In this document: one piece after another, positions 44,701 through 58,900 of the stretch
How positions within the stretch are numbered: the stretch's first letter is position 1
How the letters are laid out: each line of letters opens with the position of its first letter
Assembly: GCA_036172245.1 (NCBI GenBank)
Contig: JAYWIR010000031.1
Span: forward strand, 2,604,001 to 2,668,000
Direction of reading: 5' to 3'
From: Raillietiella orientalis
Lineage: Eukaryota
DNA length: 64,000 nucleotides
The notes under the pieces: model-generated
The model's database searches: none
What the model was told of the DNA's origin: nothing
The model's input: the letters and a program-made list of their open reading frames with translations, nothing else
Position numbers and translations under genes: made by a program

Positions 44701-47700
44701 ATTCAGAGGACACAAGAAAGAAGCTTCAAGTGTTGCCTGGCATCCTGTGCATGAAAGTTTATTTTGTAGTGGTGGCTCTGATGGTGCATTGATGTTTTGG
44801 CATGTTGGGTAAGAAACATTATCCTAACTTTCCTGGTGTTGAGCATTTACTAAAGAGAATCGAACTTTAAATTCCGATAATCCAGTAATTGTGAATTCCT
44901 AATTGTTAATCGATAATAGTGTATCTTGTGTGAGGGTTATGTTAGGGCGTAACAGTGAACTGAATTTTAGTGATTTTTTGATTCATAAATCCATTGAGGT
45001 TTAGAAAACAACCAATACTTAAAAATTAGGTATATTTAATTGTTTTAGAGATAGTTGCACATCATTCATCCGATAGATTTAATCAATGATGGTTCTGTTA
45101 TAATATAATATAATCAAAGAGAATGCAGAAGTGCATTGGGTCGATTTAAATTGTTGTGAAGGATGATAAAGTGTGGAGTCTTTATGTTTCATGTGTGTGA
45201 AACTCCCTAAACAAGTTTGTTTCATGTGTCAAGGAAACTGTTTCTCTGAATGTTTCAAATCCAGGAAAACTTGAATAAAAAGGACACAATTAGCCTGGAA
45301 TTTACATGAAAGAGGTGAATACAAAATTTCTGATTAACTAAATGAGATTATTGCTATTTGGAATATCATAATTTTTGATTTTACCAGGAGGATTTTCCAT
45401 AATAATTTGGTATTACTACATGTAAGCAATGTAAAATATTTAGAATAGAAAGACCTCGACAAGTAGGGTAATTTATTGATATAAAGATTTGTATCAAAGG
45501 CTCTCTGCAGTGAATTAATACTCTTGCTTATCTGTGAACATGTAGTGCAGTATGCCTTATCGTTTATGCCCATATTTATATGCCACGTAATTAAAAGCCT
45601 AAATTTACCTACAAAGACAATCGCATCGTCATCATTATTGTCTATCGTAGAAATCGTTTTTCTCTGTTTATTTAAATAATAATGTTGTGTATTTGACGTC
45701 TGCCGTATGCAGTGAGATTCATTTCCATCAATGAATCTCTGAGAATTCATAAAAATGCTTTACTTTTATAATTTTGCAAACAAAGTTGTGGTAGCGTATG
45801 GCAGTTTGACATCAAAGATGATAGAGAATAAGTCAAAATTTTATGTTGGAGAAGACACGTCCATGTAAATGTTTTCTGAGTAATGTAGATGTAGATAAGT
45901 AAGTGATCTGACCTGACCCTGAGTAAGTGATCAGTTGCCAGGGTTTTTTTTTTTCTTTCTACCGGCAATTGCGTATCGTCTTATAGGAATGGATATTTTT
46001 CTATTCTTCTTTGGATATCGATGCGCATTGAGTATCTCGTAAAATTATGAACCGCTTTAACGATGTAATGAAAAATCGGTGCTATCTATCGTTCCCTCCC
46101 TCTCCTCCCCGCTCCTATTTGCTAGAGTTCCCAGTTGCGTCTGTGAATTTTTCTTCCCTTAAATTTGTACAGGTATTGACGATTGAAGCGTTCGTTATTA
46201 CCGAGAAAAAATTAAGGGAGTATTTCTTCATATGTATTTAATGCACACATTGCTGGTTTCTGTTTTTAGGAAAAGGAAATTATTAATTCGTTGACAGTTC
46301 CATAATTGTTTTCCATTTATGGTTATGCTTATTGAAATTTGCATCATTATAATTCGCATGACATGTGAAAAAGGTCATCATGGAACGCGATATTCCTTCA
46401 GGAATGTAAATTAAAAAAATGAGTAAAAGAAAATATCATAATGAACCATTATAATTCAATTCTCCACAGACGCAATTAAAAATACACAATTAAAAATGTC
46501 TTAACGTCAACATGAGACATGAGTTGTCAATGATATTCGCAGTACGGACAAATGAGAATCCCAAGTGTACCGATTCGATCTGGCAGGTAACTCAAGAGGC
46601 TGCACCTCAGGAGCTTGCAAACGTTAAGCACAAAGCATCCTGGTTTCTCCAGGATGACGCATCCGCACGTACTGATAGGGCTGTCCGTGTGGTCAAGGAG
46701 AGCACAGTTTCCAGCAGGAAGAATCGTTCCCAATGAGAACCGTAAATCTTTTCGCGGAGTGGACTGAAAAGTGGCACAGAATGAGAAAGGAGCGCCTGCA
46801 CCGCCAAAGTTCCTCTGCAAAGTGATGGCCTCATCGACCAGCTTTTATTTCTAGGCGTGAGAAGAGGAAAGAAGGGGAAAAAAAATCCGCTTCTAAAGAT
46901 TGGTTTTGTTTTGTATGAGCTCTCTCGAGTTTGGTGGTTGTGTACACGGTTGCTGTTATGCAGATCAGAAAACGGTACGAATGAATGGACGAGTCCGCGT
47001 TGTGAGCAGCGTTGATAATAGCCTGGCACGTCTTTCGTGTTCTTGTGATCTGGACAACAGCAAACTAAAAACAATAAATTACTGTAATAAATTGGAAAGA
47101 AAACGTGAATTACGCACCTACGCTTCTGGGCGGCCGTGTTCTACGAACTTTGTTGAGCAAAGCTTTGGAACTTTCAGTTGACCATTGCACTGCTTTAAGG
47201 TTTTTGCTCAAGGGGAGAAAGAGTACAATGAAGCAGCTTCTGCAATTCAAGTTAAGGGGAACGAAGTTCTGCTGTTGGAGATTGCCTCAAACACGAAAGC
47301 TTTTTTTTGTTTTCGTTTCAAAGTGTCACAGATGTTGGGTTAGTTGATGTATAGTAATTAGACATCAACGTGAAGTGACAGAACACGGTTTGTTTTTTAC
47401 CTAAGCAAATATTCGCTTGCAAACATTTTGCGGTGGACCAATGGACCAATGTTTGTCTGTTGTTTCGTTTCCATCTTTGATTACCGCATGGTCGGGCACT
47501 ATTGAGTATGGAGTCAAACCTGTATTAAGTGATGCTTATATAGAGTCCGCTTTTGTCTGTTTTGGATAATATTAGCTGAATGATTTTATTGATTTGATGT
47601 TTTGATCTGACGCTTCCCATGGTTATCTGTTAAATTTGCAAAATGGAATGCAAGTAAAGCTTTGCGAATGCAGTCAAGCCAATTAGTTTCCTCTGTACGA

Positions 47701-50700
47701 CATCAGTGTTATCACAAATGCAACTATTGCATTTGCCCGCCGAACTTTATTACCTTTCCTTAATGCGACACTCTGCCTTGTATTATCAGATAGTAATATT
47801 AGCAGTAGGTCAAGCAATCACGAGAACGAAGTGCACGTCGAAGCGATAAACGAATTTGTTCCCCTATTATAAAACGTTATTCTGCCTTTATTGTACTTCG
47901 AAATTCTACATGGAGATACGTGCAGTCATGGAAAGACAGGACGAGATGCTGCGGCAAATCTTTCTAAAATCATCGCGTGGCTGTAGGCCGTGTCATATTC
48001 CGGTATTTAGCTAGCTCGTGGTCAGCGAAAGATCTACTCCACTCTGGAGGATTATGGTTTTGCAGAAAGCATCAGATAGGCAGAGGATGACCATCGCTGA
48101 ACAAGTATATGATGAGAGGTAGCTGTGTGTCGTTAGGTACTTGGAGATCGATAGCTCACAGGCCGCTGAAAACATCTTAATTGAATAGCATAAGTCAACC
48201 ATTTTGCTGGATGCTCTCAAATCACATCAGGAGTTTGATTCCAGATATAATTGGCAACAAAATTGTTTCAAAAATCGAAAACTGCTGTTTTGTATTCGTG
48301 TTTCTTTACTGTACCCAACTGCATAAATATCATTTCGTTACGATATTTGTGCAGTTAAGAAAGTAATCGTCAAATATCGACATAATTTTGTTTATATTCT
48401 GCTTGAAGTCAACTTATTTGTAACTTGTGAAAATAAAAATGTTTTACAGTGCAGATAAAGAAGTGGGGGCCATTGAACAAGCACATGATAGTATCATTTG
48501 GGCATTAGCGTGGCATCCCCTTGGGCATATCCTTTGCTCTGGTTCTAATGACCACACATCCAAATTTTGGACGAGGAACAGACCTGGCGACAAAATGAGG
48601 GACAAATACAATCAGAACAATCTTTCTGGTGGCCTTTTAAGTGGTGATGATGTCGATGAAGGTAAACATTATTCTAATCTTAACGGTAGAATTCATGTTT
48701 TGAAACGTTTTCCATTGGTTTCCCCTTCATTTGGGATTGTTTGCTATTTGTTTGATTCCCGGAGAATGGCACTCTGAATGTCCAAATTAATAGCACTTGA
48801 AAAAGGGTTAACGGAACTGTTTTAAAAATTTATTTCCACCTGTCCATAATTTCTAAAATAATAATAATGACGATAAAAAACTTGACGCTGAAGAAAAGAA
48901 GGAGAGGGAAAGAAAGCAAAGGAAGTTCGACGAAGTTCAGCATGATATGATAATTGCGAGTGACATTGCCTTCTAGCCGTCATTGGAACCCTTAGGTACC
49001 CAAACTGACTGTCTCTCCGAGATCTGAAAACAACTTAGGAGGCTCTTTGTCTTTCTTTCTTTCTTTTTTTTTTTCAAAATGGTGCTTGGATTTTTCGATG
49101 AGTGCTTATTTTGGAAGCTTCGTTTGTCGCTGAAGATGAAACCTTTTTCCAAGCAACTCATTCTAAAGGTATTCAACGGAGGTTGTAAAGATACTGAACG
49201 GTCTTCATAAAAAGTAAGATTGCGTAGTATTCTCCTTAAAATAGAAGCTGATTCGCTTTCCAAACAAGGCGACGAATCTGATGAAGTCCACAAAGGATGT
49301 TTTCATTTCATCTGCCACTGTGGTGCCCAGCCTTTCAGTTGCATATCATTCAACTGGTTGCATCGTTAAATCTTCTTTCTGATTTAAGGATTATGACCTT
49401 CTTGGTCTTTTTCACTGCGTTTCGCAGCTTCATCCATCCACACGCATTATCGTTCGCAGTTAGATGCATTTTGAATCGTTATTTTACTGTGCACGTTTTG
49501 CCCAAACTCGACATCTTGAATTTAAAGTGTGTTAAAAGTAAAGATTTCGAAACTGTGAATGCGCAAAATCTGGACCACCAAAACGTATTCTGTGCAGAGG
49601 GATCACAGCTCTGATCAGTTTCGATTTTTACGTGGTGATAGCACAGACCATGAAATGCTGGTGAAAAAAGAACGATTTTTGATTTAAGCCCAGGATAACT
49701 AATGTTTGTTTGCCAGCATCTATAATTTGTACTTTGATTTTTTTTTTTTTTTTCTAATTCCATGTTTGTATTTCTCAGTTTTCGTTTTCTCATTGCTCAG
49801 TTCACGTCTTTGCTATCTCTGTTTCAAACTCTTCTTTGGAAAGGATGGGCGACTCTTGGCCATTTGGAATGTCATAGCAGCTGTTGGCATCAAATTGATC
49901 ACTCCAGAAATGTGTCCAGATTTCAGTTTTTTTTTTTGTCTTTTTCTCCAAAGGTTTTCTTGATCCATGGTCCGCTGGTTTAGAACGAGCGGATGGAATA
50001 ATTGGTTGTGGCAGGAGATTCCAGCCACTGCGTTTCTGCAGAACAGTGTGATGCTGCCGCTATTCAGGGCATCTTGAAAGGATTTTCGGAAGTTCACCAA
50101 ATCGTTTGACGTAGTATGTTTCGTTAATCAGGTATTCGACTCTTCATGGGAGCACTTCAGTCCATCACGGAAGAAGTGCATGCTGTCTATCTCTAAAGCA
50201 ACTCTTTGAAAGGTTGAGGGATTCCGTTTGCAATTCAAGCACCCAGGTATCCTCCATCATATTGACTGATGTTAGGATCATGAGCTGTAGGCATCAAACT
50301 TCGTGACGGCAATGTTAATTTATCGTGTTGTTGTGTGATTCATTCATCAGTGTTTTCATTTGCGACCATAGCCTTAACTGCAGAGTAGCTACGTTCAGGT
50401 GCTCTAAAAATGCCATTATTCAATATCAATATGTTCTTTTTTTAAAAGAAAAATAAAATAAAAATAAAATAAAAATAAGAATATAATTTTGATGCCATAG
50501 CATACATGATAAAATCTTTTATGCAGCCGTTTTGGATATTGCTGGCAAGTGCACCAGTTTGAGTAAGTTTCATTGATATTTAAAGTAAACGTTCAAAAAG
50601 ATTTTGTTGCAATTTGGTTAACAAAGTTTTTTTTTTCTTTTTTTCTAATCACACTTGTAACGAGTCTCTGCCTTTTCAATAGAACCCTCAGCTTCTATAC

Positions 50701-53259
50701 CTGGAATGGGCCCCGACGACAAATTGCCTTCAGAAGGGATGAATGGTGAAATGCCTATTCCTGGTTTAGACTTTTCATCCTTGGATGAAAAGCCTCATAA
50801 GAAAGTACCTTACGCGAAACCTATTCCAAAGAGTTTTCAGCAGCAGTGGAATGAAGCTCCCAAAAAGGCTTTGCTTCCACGACCAGGTACAGTTCGACCA
50901 TTCTTTTTCACTGTTTTGAGCAGAACAGAATTCTGATTTCTGCTTGCCGCAGAGTTCGCTCAGCCTTTGGCTGCGTTGGCTGAAACAGAGATATCCGTTG
51001 CACCGAATGTGTTCGCTTGCGTCTTCGTTTAAGTTGCAGCATCCCATGCACGTCTTACGAAAATGCAACACTCCGGGTGTGATAGCGCCCGGAGTGTCAC
51101 GAATGAATGCGTCAGTACACATGGCAAAAGGAAACGACTTTAGATTTTTAATTGTGAATATTCGCCGTGTTTTTATTCAAGTGTACGATCTGTGTAAAAA
51201 TGTATTAGGAAAGAATGATATCCGCATGGGCGTCATTCTGTCTTCGGACACGCTTTACGATTGAGATCTGTGAACTCGTATTGGAAAGATTTTTGAAAGT
51301 CTTGGTTCTCGTGCAGATCAGTTTGCGGAGCATGATCATTCCTGGGGAGCAGCTGAAGATTCTGGTGATTTTCACGGCATGGTTCCCTCAAGAGCCGATG
51401 ATATTGATCTCGGAATAAAAGATTTGGATCTGCGCTCCGAAAAGAATTGGGGAAAACGTCACAGGTTTGGGAATGAGGAAGAGGATGGCGAAGAAAAGTA
51501 AGAAAGTAATACGAATTCTTTTTGTCTCCGAGCATTACACATACTCCATCTTCATATTTCCATTTTTTTTTTTTTTTTTTTTTTTAACTCATTAATAACG
51601 AATTAATATTTGAGACTTTCTTAAAACAGAATATTCGCCCAAAGTATTTTTCACTATTTAAAATTAAATACCAGATGTATTTATAATGATCAGCGTTGAC
51701 TTGGTACTGTAATTTGTTGTTATTGATGATTATGTATTTTACCCCTTGCATGGTTCTGCATTTTGAACGTAATAAGTGATTGTATTTTACCTCATGTCAT
51801 CTCGCAGCCAACTATCGCCACTCGTGCTTCCACAAGTTGTCCTTCTTGTTGAACTGCGTCAGTACATTCGTTCGAACACAAATGTACATTCCCCGCAAGT
51901 TGTTGAACCAAACACGCACGCTGTGTCGTGTTGACCCATCACAGCCTCGTCAGTACACGAAAGCCAAGAACCGAAGTCACAGCTCACCCTCTCCGCCTTC
52001 TGGGCAGGCGGTCGCTGGTTGTACGCGAGGCTTGGTACAACCCGCCTCGTACAACTCCGTTTTGCCTTCATAAGCGGCTGGTCGTAACTTTTCAGTGGTG
52101 GACTTTCTTCAGTTGATTTGTTCCCAATTTCACTTTCAATTTCGACTCGTTTCATGATGATCATTGAACAACTTGTTTTGCCAGGGATTGTACGTACGTG
52201 TTATTTAGCAGGAAAAGTTGGGTTCGGTATTTTTTTCGCACAACGAAATTTATTTGTACTTTTTAAGTATTTGTATAGCACCTTATTTAAACCGGATGCA
52301 CATTGAGCACGTGTTGTTTGCATTGATTAAGCAAATCTGTTTATTATGCAAGGAAATGATGAAATATCGAATTTGTGGATCAGGAATGTTTCCACAAAAA
52401 AACGTACATAAAGTCACCTTTATATTGCCAGTGGTACTGACTGCAATAAAATACCCAATTGTATCATTCATGAACCACGAAAGTCATTAATTGCTTGCTC
52501 CACTACTATGCCCATTGATCACACAGATCAGAGCGTATAATCAATGGTGACGAAGGTAATTTGTTGGTAATGAAGGTTATTATGTTGGTTGCTTTGTGTA
52601 TCATACCGATTTTCATAGCTGTACGATGAGTACTTTGCCTGGAATGTCGAGTATGTAAACTTGTATGGTGTGAGGATCACTTTGGAACCTCTTACGGAGG
52701 GGGACTTTTCCCGATCAGAATGAGTCGGATGTGTTGAATTTTCAAATAGCTGGAGAGAGTATAATTAGAATAATTATGCTGTTGTGACACATCCGTTTAT
52801 CTCCAGAAAGGTCTCCGTTGAGATTTTCTCTCTCTCTCCCTCTCTCTTAATCTTTTCAGCTTCTCTGGATCCGAATTCTTGAAATTTATTTCGATAACCC
52901 GTTCGATTTCCTTCCGAATTTGGGTATGTGTCATTCTTTATGTATTCAGATACGTTAAAGACCGACGTATGTATTACGTATTTTCCTGGTATTCCTTTAC
53001 CGTGACCTCACAGTTTGTAAGCAGATCGCTCGGTTATCAATGCCAGTAACTCGGAAGTAGCTCAGAAGATTTTAAAAATTGCTTTGATGTCTCGATTCCT
53101 CTATTTCGTTTATCCAATGCATATTGGAACTATAAAATTAACCACAGTAAATGAAATTCAGGATTGTATCAATTCGGGGAATTCTCTATCCGAAAGGCAG
53201 AACAACATTCGGAGAAATTTGAAAAAGAGCAGACATGAGAGCGTGTGCTTGTTTTTGTG

Positions 53260-53310
<51 letters not shown>

Positions 53311-54002
53311 AAGTGGGCTGTTCTATAAATGGAGTAAGCATTTACCGAAAGTTCTTCAATGCGAGTCTTTTGAAGAAATAAAATTGCCCGAACTCCACAC
53401 ATCCATATAACTAAGAAATTTGTTTGTGGTCCAAGAATTCAGCTCACGGGTGAATTGCAAAGGCTCGGTGTTGTGGTGACGGAATGTTGGAATGGTGGTG
53501 ATGCTGATGCTGATGAACTTTTCTTTTTTCCAGTTCGAATCCCAAACGGCACAGATCAAAGGGAGGAGGGGTCATGAAACTTGGACCTTGGAGAGGAAGA
53601 AAAGACGCTCAGGCTTCAAGAGCTGCTCAGCAGCATGCACCCCGCCAAGGTTTATTAGGAGAAAGACCCTCAGAAAGTATGCTTCTTGTCAATATTACAA
53701 AAAGTGATTGTGATTTGATGTGTAATAATGTTGGTGAAGAACTGAGAAACGAAAATGGTGTTAATGAAAGTCATGACTGCGATCGTGTTTCTAAAAGAAT
53801 TTCTCGATGGGAAAGTGTTTCTTGCAGTGGACCACTATTAGGATTTGATAATCGTAATTTCGAATCCAATCAGAATTTATCTCAGACTGATTTTGAAAGG
53901 ACAAGAGATAATACTGGTCGCGGTCGAAGGATGAGAGAAAATGTGTTTCCACCCGGAATTTTCAATAACATGGATCGACATAACAGAGAAAAGGCATACT
54001 GA
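41749..54002 (+). CDS. WDR33: Pre-mRNA 3'-end processing protein WDR33 (CPSF/mPSF subunit, Pfs2/FY family), ~728 aa, 10 coding exons
   Basis: Exons 41749-41991, 42045-42314, 42359-42510, 42726-42823, 43937-44063, 44578-44808, 48450-48661, 50683-50886, 51317-51497, 53534-54002 (TGA). Total 2187 nt, phases consistent. Signatures [106 protein letters not shown]. The last two exons rest on splice sites and phase rather than recognisable conservation. Confidence 0.95.
46512..46860 (+). mobile_element. Decayed Tc1/mariner-type transposase fragment in WDR33 intron
   Basis: [16 protein letters not shown] resembles the WFQQDGAPAH..A..V motif around the second catalytic Asp; downstream PPK..SFYF* resembles WPP.SPDL.P.DF.LWG. 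No TIRs found. Confidence 0.4.
53262..53309. repeat. Poly(T) tract, 48 nt, in last WDR33 intron
   Basis: Direct count; homopolymer length may be affected by sequencing error. Confidence 0.9.
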
Positions 54003-54399
54003 AGTATTTTCCATAAGATTCTGAACATTTTAACTTTAATGCTGCTTAAAACTCGAATCTTTTATTTTTTTGACTTACAGAATCGTATTGCAGTGAGATT
54101 TAGACTGCCACGAGAGTGAATTTAAATTTAGTTCATATTCTGCGAATATCTATCTATGGTCATTCATTGTACATGAACTTAATGATTTTGATGTTGTAAG
54201 TTTTAGAAATGCAATGAGAACGGGAGAGACGTTTATTTGTTATAATTTACTTTTATATTCTTATTATTATTAGTGATCCAGCCATTTATTTCCAGGGATG
54301 AAGATTGGTATCTACTTTAACCAGAAATATATGTGAAAAGTCTATTTTTGAAACTACTCATTATCAAATTATCAAAAGAACTTTTTACTAGTTGTAAAA

Positions 54400-54405
54400 A
54401 ATAAA
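54400..54405 (+). terminator. Candidate polyadenylation signal of WDR33
   Basis: AATAAA about 400 nt after the stop codon, at the end of an AT-rich UTR-like segment and just before the GC-rich island. Confidence 0.55.
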
Positions 54406-54469
54406 AGACTGAAACTTTAATTTTAAGACTGGATTTTGAAAGCACTTGAATTTTTAGCCGAAAATCAGC

Positions 54470-55275
54470 ACCTGTCAAGCGAACACACACGCACACTTTC
54501 AGGCTGAGGTGCTTCCGAGTGTCGTTTCGTTCCCCACTGTTCCGTGGGTGTCGCGTGTTCTCGCCTTTGCGTCAGCGAAAGCACCGTGAAAGCGTGTTGG
54601 TGCACGACGCGACGAGGGAAGGTGCACGTCCAAGCGGGCAGACACCAAAGGGGGGAGGAGATCAGCACCCGATTCGGGGGGGAGGGGGGGGGGGCTTTTG
54701 CTTATTATGTGGTGATGGTAGCGTTCCTACCCGGTTCGTTAGGGTGCTCTTGCAGGGCTGAGGCGCATCGATGCGGATGGAATCATAGGAGGAGAGAAAA
54801 CTCACGCGCCGTGTCCAGCCGCCGTCCAGATCCAGCGCCGGGGGGAGGGGGGGGGGGGCGGGAAGAGACGCTCGGTTTTCGTTGCAGCACAGTTTCCCGT
54901 TTGTTGTTTCCATCCTCTGCAGATTGGTTTCGAGCTGTTCATTTGGCGCCGCTGTTCGCACGGGCCCCGTAGAACATTTTCCGGTGTTCGTTGAGGTGTG
55001 TGTGTGTGTGTGTGTGTGTTTTTTTTTTTTTTTGCGTCTTCGCGCACGCCTAACAGAAACGCGGCAACAGTGGCAGCGAACGTGCCGTGTGCAAGACCTC
55101 TGCGTCACCGAGCGCGCATCCGCTTCCTGCAGGAGAGCCTGCCCTCGTACCGGCAAAGCAGCGAAATTTCGAATTAAATATGACAGATGACGAATAAAGT
55201 GGTTTTTATGAAACTAGTGATGTCTCCTGTGTCCAGATGTTAATTAGGAACTTCAGAAATGGGCTGTATCCTCGG
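54470..55275 (+). promoter_or_regulatory. GC/CpG-rich island, probable promoter and non-coding first exon of the DRAK-like kinase gene
   Basis: Abrupt CpG-rich segment in AT-rich surroundings, with G-tracts (about 54676-54694 and 54839-54862), (GT)12 at 54996-55019 and a candidate donor CG|GTAAAG at 55275. The next coding exon has an upstream acceptor near 61089. The assignment is inference. Confidence 0.45.
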
Positions 55276-55949
55276 TAAAGCTTTTAAGCAAGCCCTTTTA
55301 ACAGTGCTGTGTCACCTTTCTAACAGGCTGCTGCAGGTTGCGTCGTTGGGAAGACACAAGGCGTACCAAGCTTTTTTTGATTTTTTGGCATTGTGAGTTT
55401 TAGCTGCTTGCACACATTTACGAACCTGTGTGTGGCTTGTTCGATCTGAGCCTGTGTGTGTCTGCGTAGGCGAAGTGGTTTACAAACGAAAAGGAACTGA
55501 AGTCAGACTGAAACGGTATCGTGGAAGTTTGTTTTTTTTTATTATTATTATTATTATTTTCCAAAGCACTCGAAAACAAAAGCGTTTTCAAACGTCCTGA
55601 AGAATTTATGTTTGGAGACTATAGTCTTCGAATATCTCCATGCACAATATGGCTACAAAAATTACGAGGACTGTCGAGACGAGATTTTCCATAAAAGAAC
55701 GAAGAAAAGAAGGGAAAAAACCATTTGAGACATATATGTCCCCACAGTCCTCGTAAGCAAGGCATGAATTTGCTTCTTTCCGTATAGGACTGGTACTGTG
55801 TGAAAACAGTAGAACAGAAAGGTAGAACATGAGATATTACTGGATTTAAGGAATCGAATAACCTCTGTCGGATGTTGACGAAGAGACGAACAGAAGAGTA
55901 TCGGCCATGTTAAGGCTTATTGAATGCTCCAGTGTTTTTGTGGGAGCAA

Positions 55950-58900
55950 ATGACTGGACTGTAGGCTTACCTCCTGTACTTCCCTTCCTCATTAAAACTT
56001 TATCGATCTGAAGGTCTCGTCATTGGCCAGAAGTTGCTAATGGCAGATCAAAGTTTCTAAGGGCACGAGTGTAATGCGAGTTTTCGAGAACTCTGGGCGT
56101 CGGCATGTTAGGATGTCCACAGCATGTAACCACATGAGCCTTTGTGTACACTTGGCATGAATGATTAATGAATTTCTTCCCCAGCAGTGTTCCTTCCAAC
56201 GTGTGGTTTGGGAGGATTCCCAACAGCGCATCCCTCTTGACACTTCTAAACCTCGAACGCATCTGCTTTGCCTTTTTCAAATTTTGTATCATCTGTTTCG
56301 ACTTTCGGTCAGATCATTTGGATGTGTTGGTGTTTCCGTGTAAACTTCATTATGAAATGCGTTTCTTGCTTAACGTACGGCTGCCCGGAGTAAAAGAGTT
56401 GTGGGACTCCATGCTTATAGATGTACTTCTTATCCCAACCCTGTCAGTGTGGATCGGGCTCTTTTGCGTTGCTGCTTTCAGAGTGTGTGTGCAAACGACC
56501 CTCATCTTCCTGTAAATCCAACCCCCTCAAACATCCATTGCCCAGTGCTTTCCTGTGTCCGTTTATTTTGCTTCGGTAGACGCGAAGGAAAACCCAACCC
56601 AGAACACCAGCAGGTATTTTGCATGTCTCCTGCCGAACCTCTCATCCGACTGCTTTCCTTACTCATCCGTAGAATCTTTTCATGCATTCTGGTTGTCTTC
56701 CCCTGTGGTTTGCATGATCTTAAGAAACCAATAATGATATGTGTTTCAGACAAAAATCTTGTACCGCTTCAACTTCCACCTGCTGATCACAAATGATTTT
56801 CACACTGCGCTCTTTCTTGCTGTTATAAAACAGCCCTTTCATTGGCAAGTGATCTGTTTTAAGAATGTGATCTGACAACTTACATCTCATGCAGGTTGTG
56901 GTAGTGTTGCTTGTAGCATAAGTTTTTCGCACATAATAATGATGAAATTTCCATGAATTGAAGGGTATTATAGGTTGCTGCCAATTGGAACTTTGTAGCT
57001 AACCTATTCGTTTCTTAAAAGTCTTCCTCGAGCAGTATCTCAATTACTGTAACCCAATGACAAGTTTGGTGAGTTTGTACGGAAGCATTTCCCCGGTTTA
57101 TTCTCTTTTTCTCTTGGTTCTCTAGAAATTTCACTTGCTCTGAATGGAGGGCACTGAACATATCTCTGAATCAGAATATACCACCATTAATCTTCCCACG
57201 ATAACTCTACAGTCAAAATTATTGTCATCACGGTCTTCAAACTTTGTGATTTTTTCTCTTGTCTCCTAAATTGAAGTTGGTACCTTAGAATTACGAATCC
57301 TAGAGTGATTCGGTGTTCTTCAGCTGTTCATTTTCCTGGTATTTAATACCTGGTGATTCATGAATTTAACACCTTTGGTACGCTATTGCTCACATCCGTG
57401 GTCTCACGGCTTCACTCTAGCCAAGTTATGATTTTTTCTTTCTCCTTCAGTCTGCCACCAACCGAACGCACGAATACTACGAAAGTATTTGCAGTTATGT
57501 ATAATTGGTCTACTAATGTTTGTTGTCCAACTACAAGCTGTCAGTAAAGCAGGAGCTATGAAAGCAAAGCAGTATCTTGATGTTTGGTGGGGCGACAGAC
57601 ACAGTCGGCTATAAAAATTCTTCCAAATCTTTGTCACGTATTTGTGCATCTTGTTGGGGTTACCACTGAATCGTTCAAGTTTTGACTTGGAAAAGTTTGG
57701 CTGGCAGATTTTCTTCAGCACGATGGATCTACAGATCCTAGCACTCGATTATAGTGAGATCGATGACTACATGTAAAGCATGGGCTGCTCACGCAGCTTC
57801 AGTGACTGAGTGAAGAGATGAAGGTATGTGTGACTCCCTCGAAACTTGCGCAGCAAAAGTAAACAGTCGGTCCGATCATGACCTTCTGCAACCAAGTGAA
57901 TCCCTTTCAAAGGTTGTTTCCGATTGCATCTTCCTCAAGGAAACTTTTGAACAAACCATAGGGAAAACCGTACTGGAATGTTTTATCCGACGAAGACCCT
58001 TGAGGCACTTCTGAAAAGTGCTAGAGCCGTGTACCGAGTCTATCTTGTATGCAGATGGATCCACTAATTATTCTTGTAAGATTTATAAGCGTGATTTTGA
58101 AGAGATCATTTTAAGTCCATAGAATACTGAGCGATTGGTTAGGAAACTCAGCTTTTTCCTACTGGGCTTTGCAATAATTTCGAGACTCAGAGAAAAGAGG
58201 TGAATGGGTTGAAATGACTCTCCAGAATGTCCATTCGTACCTAAGCTGATGGGAAAAACTCCCTTACTCATTTCCCAAATAGCAATGATGCAATTTGTCG
58301 TCCGGAAAGTCAACCTTATGCCGTTAGTGGCACCTCCACAGCAATCACAAGAAAGGCTTCAGCAATTTTTCGTCGCTTGGAGTAGACAGTGACTATGCTG
58401 CTCATCCAGACCAAGAAATTTTTTTGTTTGTCCCACAGCTCCCCATACTCAAAATAAAAAGATGCAAGTCGATTCTGTCAGACGATGAAAAGAAAGGAAT
58501 TGTTATAGTATATTGGAGTAACTGCCACCATCCTTTTCACTCATTTTTCACACTACTCTTCCCTTTGGGGAGTCTCTCAATCCATTTGTGCGCAAACAAC
58601 AGCGATGATGGCAGATCAGTTACGATCAGTATCTCGTCTTGTCTCATTGCATCACGTTGCTCTTGTTCTCACATGCAGGAAACGCCCAAAAAGTATGCTT
58701 TCACTTTTTGACTTGCTCCCATAGTTTGCAAGAATGTTCTTGAACAGCAAACTCGATGAAGTCAAAGAGCAGATTCCAGCTAATTAGTGCCCTTCCTGAT
58801 TGCTTTTGATGTTAGCCCTTTGCAGCCTCCCAAGTGTGGAACTTCGATTGATTATAATATTGGGAGCGAATATTCCTACGAAATGGTGTTCCTCATGAGC

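Noticed and set aside
45334..45750. 138-aa minus-strand ORF in a WDR33 intron
   Set aside because: No recognisable domain or splice context; could be chance or TE debris.
47850..50330. Possible further LINE debris in WDR33 introns (RYLEID near 48140, GYLGA near 50245)
   Set aside because: Only isolated short motifs with no ordered domain series or TSD; too weak to call.
53528..53550. tRNA T-loop-like GTTCGAATCCC
   Set aside because: No cloverleaf or A-box upstream; it is the acceptor and start of the last WDR33 exon.
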